From an uncultured Methanosarcinales archaeon (GTDB lineage Archaea; Nanobdellota; Nanobdellia; Woesearchaeales; CAYPCY01), in assembly GCA_964409385.1 (NCBI GenBank), contig CAYPCY010000001.1, forward strand, positions 232,546-296,545: a stretch of 64,000 nt of DNA. Direction: 5' to 3'. Shown here one piece after another: positions 19,977-30,276 of this stretch (position 1 is the first letter of the stretch; each line of letters begins with the position of its first letter). A program made the position numbers and the translations under genes. Below the pieces are notes generated by a model. The model saw nothing but the letters and a program-made list of their open reading frames with translations. It searched no databases and was not told the DNA's origin.

Positions 19977-20173
19977 AAATTAGTTATGATAAGCAAGCAG
20001 ATTCATTATATATTGAATTTATTGAGGAAAAAGTAGATCATACTAGTGAATTGGATGAGAATACCATCATTGATTATGACAATTCTGGGAAAGTTATTGG
20101 TGTTGAATTATTATTTGTGAAGGAGAAAAATCCTTCTATTTTAGACAATGTTAAACTTGAAAATTTAAACTAA
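19973..20173 (+). CDS. DUF2283 putative antitoxin
   Basis: MKISYD-x-x-AD-x-LYI...IIDYD-x-x-G-x-VIGVE. Confidence 0.9.
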   Translation: MKISYDKQADSLYIEFIEEKVDHTSELDENTIIDYDNSGKVIGVELLFVKEKNPSILDNVKLENLN

Positions 20174-20217
20174 ATTTCACTGTTAAATTTATATACTTCA
20201 GTTTTTTCTATTAAGTT

Positions 20218-21933
20218 ATGAAAAAAAGAATTATGATAGTTCATAAGGACAGATGCAATCCAGTAGGTTGTGGTGGTTATCTTTGTATGAGGGTTTCTCC
20301 TAGTAATAAGATGGGAAAGGAAGCTATTGTTAAGGGTTCTGATGGTAAGGTAGAGGTTAATGAGGACGTTATCACTGATGCTGACAGGATTGCTGCTAAT
20401 AAATGTCCTTTCGATGCTTTATCTATGATTAATCTTCCTGAAAAGTTAACAAATCCTATTCATAGGTTTGGAAAGAATGGTTTTGTATTGTTTAAACTTC
20501 CAATTCCTGTCTTTGGGAAAGTAACTGGCATTATTGGACGGAATGGTATTGGTAAAACTACCGCTTTAAAGATTCTATCTGGCCAGTTAAAACCTAATAT
20601 GGCTTCAGAAAATGAGGCGTCTGAAGATGAAATTATTGATTATTTCAAAGGTTCTGAAGCACAATCTTATTTTGAAAAATTATTTAATAAAAAAATTCAA
20701 ATTTCTTACAAACCCCAACAGGTAGATTTAATTCCTAAAAATTATAATGGTACTGTTAATGAATTATTAGAACATGTTGATGAGAAAAAGGAACTTAAAA
20801 AAATCGCTAAACAACTTGATATTGAGAAAGTTCTAGATCATGATATTAAGAAAATTTCTGGGGGGGAATTACAAAGAGTAGCTATTGCAGCTACTGTTTT
20901 GAAAAAAGCTAATGTTTATTTCTTTGACGAACCAACTAGTTATTTAGATATTAAGCAAAGATTGAAAGTATCTAAATTTTTAAGAGATTTGGCTGATGAA
21001 AAAACTGCAGTTTTAGTTGTTGAGCACGATTTAATAATTCTTGATTATCTTGCTGATTTAATTCATATTGTTTATGGTAAGGAAACAGAATATGGTATTT
21101 TTTCAGGATTAAAATCTTCAAAATCTGGAATTAATTCTTATCTTTCTGGAATGTTAAAGGAAGAAAATATTCAGTTTAGGAGTAAAGCTATAAATTTTGG
21201 TGATGTTCAAGCTTTTACTAAGCAACAAGAGTCTGAATTAACTAATTGGAGTAAAGAAACAGTAACTTTTGGCAAGTTTAAACTTAATACTAATGAGGGA
21301 AGTATTAAGAATAATGAAATTGTTGGTATTGTGGGAGAGAATGGTATTGGAAAAACTTGTTTTGTGAAGCTTATTGCTAAGAAAAAACTGAAGATTTCTT
21401 ATAAACCCCAATATTTAGATGGTTCTGAAGAACTTGTAAGACGTGTCTTAAAAAATGCTATTAAAGACACTACTATAATGAAACATTTGGAGCTTGAACA
21501 TTTGCTGGATAAGCAATTGAACAACTTATCTGGTGGGGAACTTCAAAGGGTTATGATTGCAAAAACTTTGGCAGAAGATGCTGATTTAGTTCTTATGGAT
21601 GAACCTTCTGCCTATTTAGATATTGAACAAAGACTTGCAGTTTCTAAACTTATTGATGAACATTGTGGAATTACAGAAAAAGCAGCTATTATTGTTGATC
21701 ATGATTTATTATTTTTAGATCATATTTCTGATAATTTATTGGTTTTCGAAGGAGTTCCTGCTGATGAAGGAAATGTTACTGGTCCTTTCCCATTAAAAGA
21801 GGGAATGAATACTTTTCTTGAAGAATTAAATATTTCTTTCAGGAGGGATGAGGAAACTAAACGACCGAGAGCTAACAAACCAGATTCTCAAATGGACAGG
21901 AAGCAAAAACAGTCAGGTAATCTTTACGCGTGA
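20218..21933 (+). CDS. rli: Ribosome recycling ATPase ABCE1/Rli1
   Basis: N-terminal Fe-S domain, two NBDs (GRNGIGKT, GENGIGKT; SGGELQR twice), FRRD...RPRANK..SQMD hinge. Confidence 0.95.
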   Translation: MKKRIMIVHKDRCNPVGCGGYLCMRVSPSNKMGKEAIVKGSDGKVEVNEDVITDADRIAANKCPFDALSMINLPEKLTNPIHRFGKNGFVLFKLPIPVFGKVTGIIGRNGIGKTTALKILSGQLKPNMASENEASEDEIIDYFKGSEAQSYFEKLFNKKIQISYKPQQVDLIPKNYNGTVNELLEHVDEKKELKKIAKQLDIEKVLDHDIKKISGGELQRVAIAATVLKKANVYFFDEPTSYLDIKQRLKVSKFLRDLADEKTAVLVVEHDLIILDYLADLIHIVYGKETEYGIFSGLKSSKSGINSYLSGMLKEENIQFRSKAINFGDVQAFTKQQESELTNWSKETVTFGKFKLNTNEGSIKNNEIVGIVGENGIGKTCFVKLIAKKKLKISYKPQYLDGSEELVRRVLKNAIKDTTIMKHLELEHLLDKQLNNLSGGELQRVMIAKTLAEDADLVLMDEPSAYLDIEQRLAVSKLIDEHCGITEKAAIIVDHDLLFLDHISDNLLVFEGVPADEGNVTGPFPLKEGMNTFLEELNISFRRDEETKRPRANKPDSQMDRKQKQSGNLYA

Positions 21934-22620
21934 TCTTTTGAAAACTATAATTCCTAAAATCATAATTATTAATATTGGAATGAAAAGTTTTTTATTTCCC
22001 ATGCTTGAAATGAGCATTCCTGAAAATAATGGTTTTGATTTAATGTCTAAAAGTAAATTTCCTGCGTAAAGTTCTAATTTTTTCCCTCTTTTTTCAAATA
22101 TTATTTCTGTATCTGTATCTTTCAATAATCTAAATTTTTTTTCTTCTCCATCCAGAAATAATCTGAAAGTGGAGTTTGTTTCGCCAATATTTTCAACTAC
22201 TGCTCTTGTTCTAATTCCAAAAACTGCATCTCTAATTTTTGCTTGGGGAGTGTGTTCTTCAGAAACTTCAATAAAAATTTTAAATTCGGCATTTGATTGT
22301 ATGAAACCAGTTTGGTTTGCCCTCGCAATTATTGTTGTTAATATATTTTCATCAGTCCATTGTGAGATAGAATAATTTATAGTTACATCTTCAAATTTTT
22401 TTGCTTTGACAAAGATATTTTTTGGAAATTTTAGAGTTTCAGGACCTTGAAATTCTACAGTGAAATTTTTCTTTCCTAAATTGAATATTCTTAGTGAAAT
22501 TTCTCCTTCTCCTCCTGGAAATGTTTCTATTTCAATACTTGAGGGACTTATTCCTATTCCTTGAGCGAGTACTTGAGGAATTATTAGTAAGAAGAAAATT
22601 ATTTTTTTCATTTTTTTCAT
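21913..22620 (-). CDS. Membrane-anchored surface protein
   Basis: Signal peptide, GIGISPS, C-terminal TM. Confidence 0.7.
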   Translation of the reverse strand: MKKMKKIIFFLLIIPQVLAQGIGISPSSIEIETFPGGEGEISLRIFNLGKKNFTVEFQGPETLKFPKNIFVKAKKFEDVTINYSISQWTDENILTTIIARANQTGFIQSNAEFKIFIEVSEEHTPQAKIRDAVFGIRTRAVVENIGETNSTFRLFLDGEEKKFRLLKDTDTEIIFEKRGKKLELYAGNLLLDIKSKPLFSGMLISSMGNKKLFIPILIIMILGIIVFKRSRVKIT

Positions 22621-22627
22621 TTAATAT

Positions 22628-22709
22628 AAAACAGGAGTAAAACTGCAGAACTTGTCATTAGGGAGAAGTTTGAAACAAGACCTGCAGGATTATTTAAAAC
22701 TCCTGTTTT
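22628..22709. other. Nested three-stem inverted repeat (candidate structured RNA)
   Basis: AAAACAGGAGT/ACTCCTGTTTT, CTGCAG/CTGCAG, CTTGT/ACAAG nested. Confidence 0.7.
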
Positions 22710-22737
22710 GTGGCTTTATAGTGCGTGGGGTGAATAT

Positions 22738-22911
22738 TCAATGTTTGTATTCTTTTTCATTTAATATTTTTTCAAAATATGTTTTTGCTTCTTTTTTTGT
22801 TTTGAAAATTTTACTTTTTGAAACTCCAAAAAATGGAATTTTCTTTGTCACCTTATACAATTTTTTCCCGTTAGTTGAAAATAATTTTATTGTCACTTCT
22901 AATGTGTTCAT
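22738..22911 (-). CDS. 57-aa basic hypothetical protein
   Basis: MNTLEVTIKL...YKVTKKIP...SKIFKTKKEAK; ATGA overlap with the upstream gene; not in ORF track. Confidence 0.65.
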   Translation of the reverse strand: MNTLEVTIKLFSTNGKKLYKVTKKIPFFGVSKSKIFKTKKEAKTYFEKILNEKEYKH

Positions 22912-24104
22912 TTTGAAATTGCTGTTAGTCCTATTCTCGCAGTGTATTCTCCTGGTGTTGCTTGTCCTACTAGCAAGTTCATTCTTAATTCTTTATTTTC
23001 TTCAGGTTGTAGACTTACTGGAATTATTTCTCCTAGATAATATTCTTGACTTTCGTAAACTAGTGAAAAATTATTTATTGAAATTTCTGTTTCTGTATTT
23101 GTTATTTCTAAAAGTTCTGTTCGAAAGTCTGTTTCTACATTTCCATAATTTTGTAGTGAAATATTAATTTCTGAAGAGTCTTTTGGGGTTATGTTTCCTT
23201 CTCCATTTATTGAAACTGCTGCCAAACTTAAAAATTTGAAACTGGAAGTTTGGTTTATTTCGTTCGCAAATACTTGAAATTCATAATTTCCTGGAGTTTG
23301 ATAATGATTTATAGGAACAATTCCGTTGAAAGTTCCATTTTCTAATAGTAATGAATAATTATTATTTTGGAAGGTTATGGATGTTTCTAAACCTTCAAGT
23401 CCATTAGCATCGCTAATATTAACTCTTATTTGCACTTGGGAAGGTTCTCCTGGTGTTGGATATATTTCTCCAGTATTGCTAGTTTCTGAAATTACTTCTA
23501 TACTATTAATTTCTGGCGGCACATCTAATATTGTTATTGTAAATTCTGATTCAGTATCTTGATTTATTGGTTGTTCATATTCATTATTTCTAAAGTTTGG
23601 TTCTGTAATTTCAAAATCATTAAGATTGTTTAATGTATTAAGAAATTCTGTAGTGTATTTTCTTGATAATGAATTTCCTTCAGTAGTTTCCAAACTTGCA
23701 TTTCCTAAGAAATAAATACTTGGACTTCCCCAACCTATAGCATCTATTACTACTTCATTCTTTAATATTGCTATGCTTCCATCAATATTTTTTAAGTTGA
23801 AATTATGTTCATAATCTGATTCTTCCCAGGATGGATTATCTCTTAAGTTTGTATAATTCTCATCTGTTATTAGAAAATACTTATTTTCTCCTAGAATTAT
23901 TTCTGGTAGGATAACTTCATTTAAAGTTCCTGAATTTGTTCTTATAATATATTCTGACAGGTTTATTTCAGAACCATCATTATATATTTCTATTACTTCA
24001 CTATTGCTTTCGTCAATTGCATCATAGTATACTTCGGTTATTAAAAGTCCTTGAACCAGTGGTAAAAGTAAAAATAAAATTCCTATATTGATTATTTTTT
24101 TCAT
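22908..24104 (-). CDS. Secreted lamin-tail-domain (LTD) protein with Ig-like domains
   Basis: LLITEVYYD...EVIEIYN...L-x-N-x-x-G...IDAIGWG...SLSR. Confidence 0.85.
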   Translation of the reverse strand: MKKIINIGILFLLLPLVQGLLITEVYYDAIDESNSEVIEIYNDGSEINLSEYIIRTNSGTLNEVILPEIILGENKYFLITDENYTNLRDNPSWEESDYEHNFNLKNIDGSIAILKNEVVIDAIGWGSPSIYFLGNASLETTEGNSLSRKYTTEFLNTLNNLNDFEITEPNFRNNEYEQPINQDTESEFTITILDVPPEINSIEVISETSNTGEIYPTPGEPSQVQIRVNISDANGLEGLETSITFQNNNYSLLLENGTFNGIVPINHYQTPGNYEFQVFANEINQTSSFKFLSLAAVSINGEGNITPKDSSEINISLQNYGNVETDFRTELLEITNTETEISINNFSLVYESQEYYLGEIIPVSLQPEENKELRMNLLVGQATPGEYTARIGLTAISK

Positions 24105-24170
24105 AATTCTTGTGTAGAACTACTTTTTTTAATGAGTTACTTCTAAATTTGACTTGTTTTTTCCTAGAAC

Positions 24171-24794
24171 TTGAATGTTTTTTGTAAAAGAAAAATTTAT
24201 TATGTTTTTCATCTTAAGAAAAGTATGGGAAAAATTTTGGGAGTGATTTTAGGAATTGCAATTGTTTTGTTTAATCTTAATTTTTTAATTGTTGACATGA
24301 ATTTTTTTGAAAAAGAATTTCATAAATTAGATAATTATAATGATAAAATGATGAATGAAACAAAAAAGCTAAGTGTTTACTTTCAAGATTCCAGCGAATT
24401 TATTAATAGTAGTTTTTATACTTCTAATGAAATTTCTCATTTGAAGGATGTTAAGGATTTAATTAGTTTTAGTAGAATTTTAATGTTATTTTTATTACTT
24501 ATTTTTCTTTTAGAGTTTGAAAAGAAATCTTTATTTTATGCTTTTCCAACTATTGTTATTATTTCTTTAGTATTATTTGTTTTTAGTTTGAACTTTTATT
24601 TATTCTTTAGTAAGTTTCATGAATTATTTTTTGCAGGTAATTATTCTTTTCCTGCTAGTTCTTTTTTGATTCAGTCTTTTCCTGAACAATTCTTTAATGA
24701 TGCTTTTCTTACTATTTTATTTAGAAGTCTTATTTTTAGTTTTTTACTGTGGCTTTTTTCTTGGAAATATTTCAAACAAGGCAAGAATTATTAA
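24171..24794 (+). CDS. DUF1461/TIGR01906-like membrane protein (likely start ATG 24225)
   Basis: EISHLKDVK, FHELFF, FPEQFF, four TMs. Confidence 0.8.
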   Translation: MNVFCKRKIYYVFHLKKSMGKILGVILGIAIVLFNLNFLIVDMNFFEKEFHKLDNYNDKMMNETKKLSVYFQDSSEFINSSFYTSNEISHLKDVKDLISFSRILMLFLLLIFLLEFEKKSLFYAFPTIVIISLVLFVFSLNFYLFFSKFHELFFAGNYSFPASSFLIQSFPEQFFNDAFLTILFRSLIFSFLLWLFSWKYFKQGKNY

Positions 24795-27700
24795 TAATAG
24801 TATTATTGATATTATGAAGTAAATAAAATAATTTTCTTTTTCTGTTCCAAAGAATGTTGGTTGTTCTATATTTCCAAGATTGAAACTTAATTCTTTTAAG
24901 ATTGTTTCTTCCTCTGTTTTTAATATTATTATTAGTTTGTATTCTACAGGCGCAATATTTTCGGGTAGTTTTATTTCTTTTTCTAAAGTTTTATTTTCTA
25001 TTATTATTTCTTCTTTTTCAGTTAATAGTATTGTTCCAGTATTTGTTATTATTGAATATTCTAATGTTCCTTCTTTAATTTCTGGAGTTTCTAATATTAT
25101 TTTAAATCTTACTTTTTCAAGGATTACTTCACTTTCTAAGAATACTTCCATGGATAATTCTTTTGCTTCTTTCTCTTCTTCTTTTTCTTTTCCTGCAATT
25201 GCAAAATAGCTAAATCCTGGAGTTGTTGCTTTGTACTTTATTACATCACTTAATTCTTGTATTTTTTGTGTTGGTAATTCCTGCCATGAATTAGTGTATC
25301 TTAGTAAGGTTATTTCTTCAATATTATTTTCTTGCATCCAGTCTTTTTCTACAGAGAATTGTATTTCTACACCTTCAATTTCAGTTCCTCCTTCTATTTC
25401 TAGATAAGAGAAAACTTCTTTTTCTGGAGTTTCTATTTGTTCTGGTTTATTATCTAGTTTTTCTGCCTTTATTGTTAATTCTTGATCTTTAGTTGCAGTA
25501 AAACTTATTTTTTCTATTGGTAAATCTTCTTTTTCAAACTTAAATTCTGTTCTTTCTCCTTTAATTACAGTTTTCGTTATTGTTTGTTCATTTGAAGATT
25601 CTGGAGCTGTCGTGGTAGTAGTGGTTGTTGTAGATGTAGAACCGCCGCTTAGTTCTGAACTTGGAGTTATGTCTCCTATTGAATAATTAGTAAATCCTGT
25701 AACATTAAAATAATAAGTTGTTGAACTGTTTGTTAAACTTCCACATATTAAGGGCGGACATTCCTGACCATTTCTGAAAGGTCTTAAATCTCCAGTAACT
25801 CCTGGATTGTAAAATATTAAGTTAGCAGATTTGTTCAGTCCTGTTTGTGAAGAATTAACATAAATAGAATTATTTGAGATTATTATGTTTTGACTCAGAT
25901 TACTTCCTGAATTATTTACTAGTTGTAAATAAGTTATTTTTCCGTAATTAGTATTTTCTATTGTTATGATTGAACCAGAACCTTTAAAACTATAATTATT
26001 TATTTTTTGATTTATTAAGTGAGTATTATTAAGTCCTGCAGAAGATATTTTAAGGGAATATCCTCCTACGTTATTCAGACTATTGTTTTTGAAAGTTATA
26101 TTTTTGCTTGATACTGATGACACTATAAATGCATTTCGAGTTACTTCTTCTATAGTATTAGTTTGAAATAAATTACTTGAACTTTGAGTATTAACTATTA
26201 CATCTGATGTATTTCCTGTAACATTAATAGTATTATTAATCACTGTTATATTATTTGATATTGCTATGTTAAGACCTACTGAATCAGTATAATTTGTTAT
26301 TATTTTGTTTTCTATTATTATTGTTTTGTTTGCTCTTAGTAAGGAAATCCCATAACCTGCAAATTTGTTTACTTTAATAGTATTATTCTTTATATTATTA
26401 TTATTTGATTTTTCTATTGATATTCCATTAGAATCCTGTCCTGCTTTATTATCAACTGTTAAAGTATTATTTACTATTGTGTTATTTTCAGAAGTTAAAT
26501 AAAAATATATTGTGTGTGCTGTTTCTTCTCCTTTTGTTGTTATAGTATTATTGATTATTTGAGAGTTTGAATAATTGTATAATTGAACTCCGTGGCTTGA
26601 TAAGTCTGTAGTTTCTATAACATTATTTTTTATTGTTGAATTATATCCATTTCTTAAGTATATTGCTGGTTTTTCTTCAACACTTGCCTTTCCTTCAGTA
26701 AACAAACAATTCTTTATTGTTACATTATTATTTCCAGTACTATTAATTCCGTGTCCTTTATTGCCTGATGCTGTATAGTTTATTTCATATCCTTGACAGT
26801 TTATTTCTATATTTGATGCTTTGATATACAATCCTGTTCCTGTACAATTAATTCTATTCTGTAAAGTTAAACTTTCAGTAATATTCTGGCCGCAATAGTT
26901 AAAGTGTATACTGTAGTTTGTATATGTTGATTCGTTAAACCCTGTAACATTGAAATGGTAAGTGTCTGATTCGTTTGTTACTGTTCCGCAAGTGTTTGAA
27001 GGACATTGTTTGTTGTTTCTTGTTGTATATGTTGGCCAATCTCCTTGAACTTTGTATAGTGTTATGTTTGCGCTTGCATTTAGTCCTGTTTGTGAAGAAT
27101 TGACACTTATTAGATTATCAGATATTATTATGTCTTGACTTAGATTATTTCCACTGGCATCTACTGGTGTTAAATATTTTATTATTCCGTACTTGTTTTC
27201 GATCGTTAGTAAATTTCCATTAAATGAGTAAGCGTTTGCTTCTTGATTTTTTAATATTGTTCCATTAACTCCAGATTCTATGGATAAGTGATCTTCTCCT
27301 GTTGTTCCTAAATTATTATTTTCTATAGTGTTATTTTCTGGATAGCTTCCTGAGTATGCATCCCAGTTTATATTATATGATCCTGATTCTGCTACTGTAT
27401 TGTTTGCTATTATGTTATTTGAAGATCCTCTGTATAAATAGAATGCGTGAGCACTATATCCTGACGCATTTATTATATTATTTGTTAGTATATTATTTGA
27501 TGTGTCTTGCATCCAGAATGCGTCAATTCCGAGTCCGGTAGTATTTATTTTGTTTCCTGATATATTATTATTGGCAGAGTTTGATGTCATATAAACTCCG
27601 TATGCTGCTGATGTTATTTTATTATCTTTTATTACTTGGTTTTGTGTATATAAGTAAAATGCGGGTCCTGTTGTGGTAGTGGTTGTTATAGTATTATTAT

Positions 27701-28436
27701 AGAAATAATTTGTAATTACTACATTATTAAAATAAAATCCGCTTCCTCCTGATGTTTTTATTGTGTTGTTAATAAACTCATTATCTGCTAAAGAGGGAGT
27801 TAAATATATTCCTGCCGCGCTCATACTGTTTGTTGTTATGTTATTATTCGCTATATAATTTCTGTCTGGTCCTGATGTTAAATGTATTCCATAAGAACTA
27901 GTTCCTGTTGTGTTTATATTATTATTGGTTATATTATTATCATCACTTCCTAACACTAAATAAATTCCTGGGGAACTTGATCTTTTTGTTATTATTGTAT
28001 TATTTGTTATTTTTGAATTGGTTACGCCTAATAAGTAAATTGCTTGTTTTGCCGTTCCTGTAGTATTTCCTTCTTTTAAAACACAATTTTTTATTGTTAT
28101 ATTATTTGGAGTGCCACTTGTTGTTACCCCTCTATATCCTATACTTCCATTCCAGGCATATTCTATAGTATGTCCTTGACAGTCTAATGTTATATTGTCT
28201 GCGCCTAATGTTACCCCATCATTTGTGCAATTAATATCCGTCAATAAATTTTTGTCAGTTGTTACTGTAAGTCCACAAAGACTTCGCATGCTTTCCATTG
28301 TTTCTCCTGTTCCTAATCCTGTTGGTGTTTCTATTGAACTAAACAAGATTGCATAAAAGAAAGCTATTAGTATTACTATTGAAATTGTTTTTAGTGAATG
28401 TTTTCTTATTTTCTTATTTATTTTTAGTCCTTGCAT
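24744..28436 (-). CDS. Surface protein with two beta-helix (NosD-like) modules and a PGF-pre-PGF domain
   Basis: TLDCQG/EINCQG module starts, Asn ladders, Thr linker, YKATTPGFSYFAI, C-terminal TM. Confidence 0.85.
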   Translation of the reverse strand: MQGLKINKKIRKHSLKTISIVILIAFFYAILFSSIETPTGLGTGETMESMRSLCGLTVTTDKNLLTDINCTNDGVTLGADNITLDCQGHTIEYAWNGSIGYRGVTTSGTPNNITIKNCVLKEGNTTGTAKQAIYLLGVTNSKITNNTIITKRSSSPGIYLVLGSDDNNITNNNINTTGTSSYGIHLTSGPDRNYIANNNITTNSMSAAGIYLTPSLADNEFINNTIKTSGGSGFYFNNVVITNYFYNNTITTTTTTGPAFYLYTQNQVIKDNKITSAAYGVYMTSNSANNNISGNKINTTGLGIDAFWMQDTSNNILTNNIINASGYSAHAFYLYRGSSNNIIANNTVAESGSYNINWDAYSGSYPENNTIENNNLGTTGEDHLSIESGVNGTILKNQEANAYSFNGNLLTIENKYGIIKYLTPVDASGNNLSQDIIISDNLISVNSSQTGLNASANITLYKVQGDWPTYTTRNNKQCPSNTCGTVTNESDTYHFNVTGFNESTYTNYSIHFNYCGQNITESLTLQNRINCTGTGLYIKASNIEINCQGYEINYTASGNKGHGINSTGNNNVTIKNCLFTEGKASVEEKPAIYLRNGYNSTIKNNVIETTDLSSHGVQLYNYSNSQIINNTITTKGEETAHTIYFYLTSENNTIVNNTLTVDNKAGQDSNGISIEKSNNNNIKNNTIKVNKFAGYGISLLRANKTIIIENKIITNYTDSVGLNIAISNNITVINNTINVTGNTSDVIVNTQSSSNLFQTNTIEEVTRNAFIVSSVSSKNITFKNNSLNNVGGYSLKISSAGLNNTHLINQKINNYSFKGSGSIITIENTNYGKITYLQLVNNSGSNLSQNIIISNNSIYVNSSQTGLNKSANLIFYNPGVTGDLRPFRNGQECPPLICGSLTNSSTTYYFNVTGFTNYSIGDITPSSELSGGSTSTTTTTTTTAPESSNEQTITKTVIKGERTEFKFEKEDLPIEKISFTATKDQELTIKAEKLDNKPEQIETPEKEVFSYLEIEGGTEIEGVEIQFSVEKDWMQENNIEEITLLRYTNSWQELPTQKIQELSDVIKYKATTPGFSYFAIAGKEKEEEKEAKELSMEVFLESEVILEKVRFKIILETPEIKEGTLEYSIITNTGTILLTEKEEIIIENKTLEKEIKLPENIAPVEYKLIIILKTEEETILKELSFNLGNIEQPTFFGTEKENYFIYFIISIILLLIILALFEIFPRKKPQ

Positions 28437-28914
28437 AGATTGTCCATATAGTTCCGTATTTTCTTTTGAGTAAGTTTGATATTTCTTGTAGTGTTAGTCT
28501 TAATTCTTCTTTCAGATATTTCACTATAGCTTCTAACACTGGTAATTTTGTGTTAAAGATTTCTAAGGGGATTAGATGTTGAGAATTTCCTGTTAATTTT
28601 TCAGGATATTTTTTCTTTGAATTATTGTATGTTGTGTGTATGTTATGTATTGTTTTTCCTGTTATTCTTGAGATTTCTTTTAATTCTAATTGTTTATTTT
28701 CATGTGAATATTTTACTATTGTTTCTAACATGCTTAGTTCTTTTACGAAAACGTCTATTGGTATTGTGTTTGTTCCTTCTTTTAGTAATTGGAATAATTC
28801 TTTTGTTTTTAGGTTGTATTTTCTTTTTAGGAATTCAATATTTGTTTTTAAGAAGTTATAGTCTTGACTATTTAATAGAGTTTTTTTAGAGTATTTACTA
28901 CTTTTTTCATACAT
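28414..28914 (-). CDS. Tandem HTH putative transcription regulator
   Basis: Two repeats of L-x-x-LE-x-IVKY-x-x-E...EIS...I-x-T-x-Y. Confidence 0.75.
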   Translation of the reverse strand: MYEKSSKYSKKTLLNSQDYNFLKTNIEFLKRKYNLKTKELFQLLKEGTNTIPIDVFVKELSMLETIVKYSHENKQLELKEISRITGKTIHNIHTTYNNSKKKYPEKLTGNSQHLIPLEIFNTKLPVLEAIVKYLKEELRLTLQEISNLLKRKYGTIWTIYARTKNK

Positions 28915-29061
28915 GATTTAATATTATCTTTAAATTATATATTATTTAAATGTTTTTCTTTTTTCTATTAAAAAAAATAAATTTCAAAAAAGTCTAAACT
29001 TTTTTTTGTTTTGTAAAGAAATAGCTAAAGCTAATAACAAAATAAACAAAATAAACAAAAT

Positions 29062-29346
29062 TTATTCCTCGTCGTCAGGATTATAACTAGGAACTGCAGA
29101 TTTACTAATAATCATTATATCCCCAATACTCTTTACTAAAGGATGTGGAACAATAACCCCTTTAGCACTTCCTAAAACTTTTGTTAAGAAAGAATTTTTA
29201 GTAGCTTTCACCCTCCAACCAAACACCTTATTAGTATTTAATATCGCCTCTTCAACATCACCAAAGTAATCACCACTATCAGTGAATACTTTCATATCAT
29301 AAGCCTCTGATAATTTTTTTAATTTTAACATTAATACTCCCTCCAC
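29062..29346 (-). CDS. PRC-barrel domain protein (CdpB-like cell-division adaptor candidate)
   Basis: KVFTDSG-x-Y-x-G-x-VEE...IVP-x-x-x-V-x-x-IGDIMII. Confidence 0.85.
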   Translation of the reverse strand: MEGVLMLKLKKLSEAYDMKVFTDSGDYFGDVEEAILNTNKVFGWRVKATKNSFLTKVLGSAKGVIVPHPLVKSIGDIMIISKSAVPSYNPDDEE

Positions 29347-29405
29347 TAGTTCTAAGAAAAATGAGGGGGCTTAAATATATAAAGTTTTCTACTCTTCAGT
29401 AAAAC

Positions 29406-30068
29406 ATGAAAGACATCATCATCATAGGATCAAGCCACATTTCCAGAGATTCTGCTATTGAAGTTAAAAAAACTATTAAGGAAATAAAACCTGATTTTGT
29501 CGCTTTAGAGCTTGACAAGCAAAGAATTCGCGCATTAATTTCAGGAAAGGAAGAACAACCTTCAATAAAACTAATTAAACACATTGGATTTGGAGGTTAT
29601 TTATTTCTTAAAATAGGAAAATTTATCGAAAAGAAACTAGGTAATATAGTAGGTACAAAACCAGGTATTGAAATGAAACAAGCCATTAAATCTGCAAAAG
29701 AACATAATTGCAAAATCGCATTAATAGACCAAAATATACAAATCACACTAAAAAAACTATCTAAAGAATTCAAAATAAGACAAATTCTGAAAGATATAAT
29801 TAAAAGTTTGTTCAAAAAGAAAAAATTACTTTTTGACATTAGAAAAGTACCCAGTGATGAAATTATAGAAAAGTACATGTTAGAAGTTAAAAAAAACTAT
29901 CCAGGCATATACAAAGTTATTGTTGAAGAAAGAAACCAGTATATGGCAGATCAATTATTTAATTTAAAACAGTATTTTCCAGATGCAAAGATTGTTGCCG
30001 TTGTTGGTGCAGGTCACAAGAAAGGAATGATTAAGATACTTGAAGATAAATTCAAAACTTTTTCATGA
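29406..30068 (+). CDS. TraB/GumN family protein
   Basis: IIG-x-SHIS, VALELD-x-x-R, PG-x-EM, ERN-x-YMA, VVGAGH. Confidence 0.92.
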   Translation: MKDIIIIGSSHISRDSAIEVKKTIKEIKPDFVALELDKQRIRALISGKEEQPSIKLIKHIGFGGYLFLKIGKFIEKKLGNIVGTKPGIEMKQAIKSAKEHNCKIALIDQNIQITLKKLSKEFKIRQILKDIIKSLFKKKKLLFDIRKVPSDEIIEKYMLEVKKNYPGIYKVIVEERNQYMADQLFNLKQYFPDAKIVAVVGAGHKKGMIKILEDKFKTFS

Positions 30069-30276
30069 ATTCTTTTCTTTCCATTCTTAAATCTTTTTTT
30101 ATTATTTTCAGAAGTAAACCTTCTCCTATTTTTTCACCTTTATTATTTGGAATAACTGTAGTTCTTCCATCTTCATGTTGAAAAAACATATGACTTCCCT
30201 TTTGTCTTTTAAATTCAAATCCTTGTTTTTGAATAAATTTAGAAAGTTCTGATGCTGTCAACCTTGGTAATTTCAT
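30052..30276 (-). CDS. hicA: HicA toxin
   Basis: GF-x-x-x-RQKGSH...H-x-DGRTTVIP. Confidence 0.9.
   Translation of the reverse strand: MKLPRLTASELSKFIQKQGFEFKRQKGSHMFFQHEDGRTTVIPNNKGEKIGEGLLLKIIKKDLRMERKEFMKKF

Noticed and set aside
22652..23167. 171-aa plus-strand hydrophobic ORF
   Set aside because: Antisense shadow of the LTD gene, the 57-aa gene and the hairpin; its Leu/Phe richness reflects an A-rich opposite strand
29036..29061. AACAAAATA tandem repeat as a functional array
   Set aside because: Three short low-complexity units; adequately explained as a T-rich terminator region of the PRC-barrel gene
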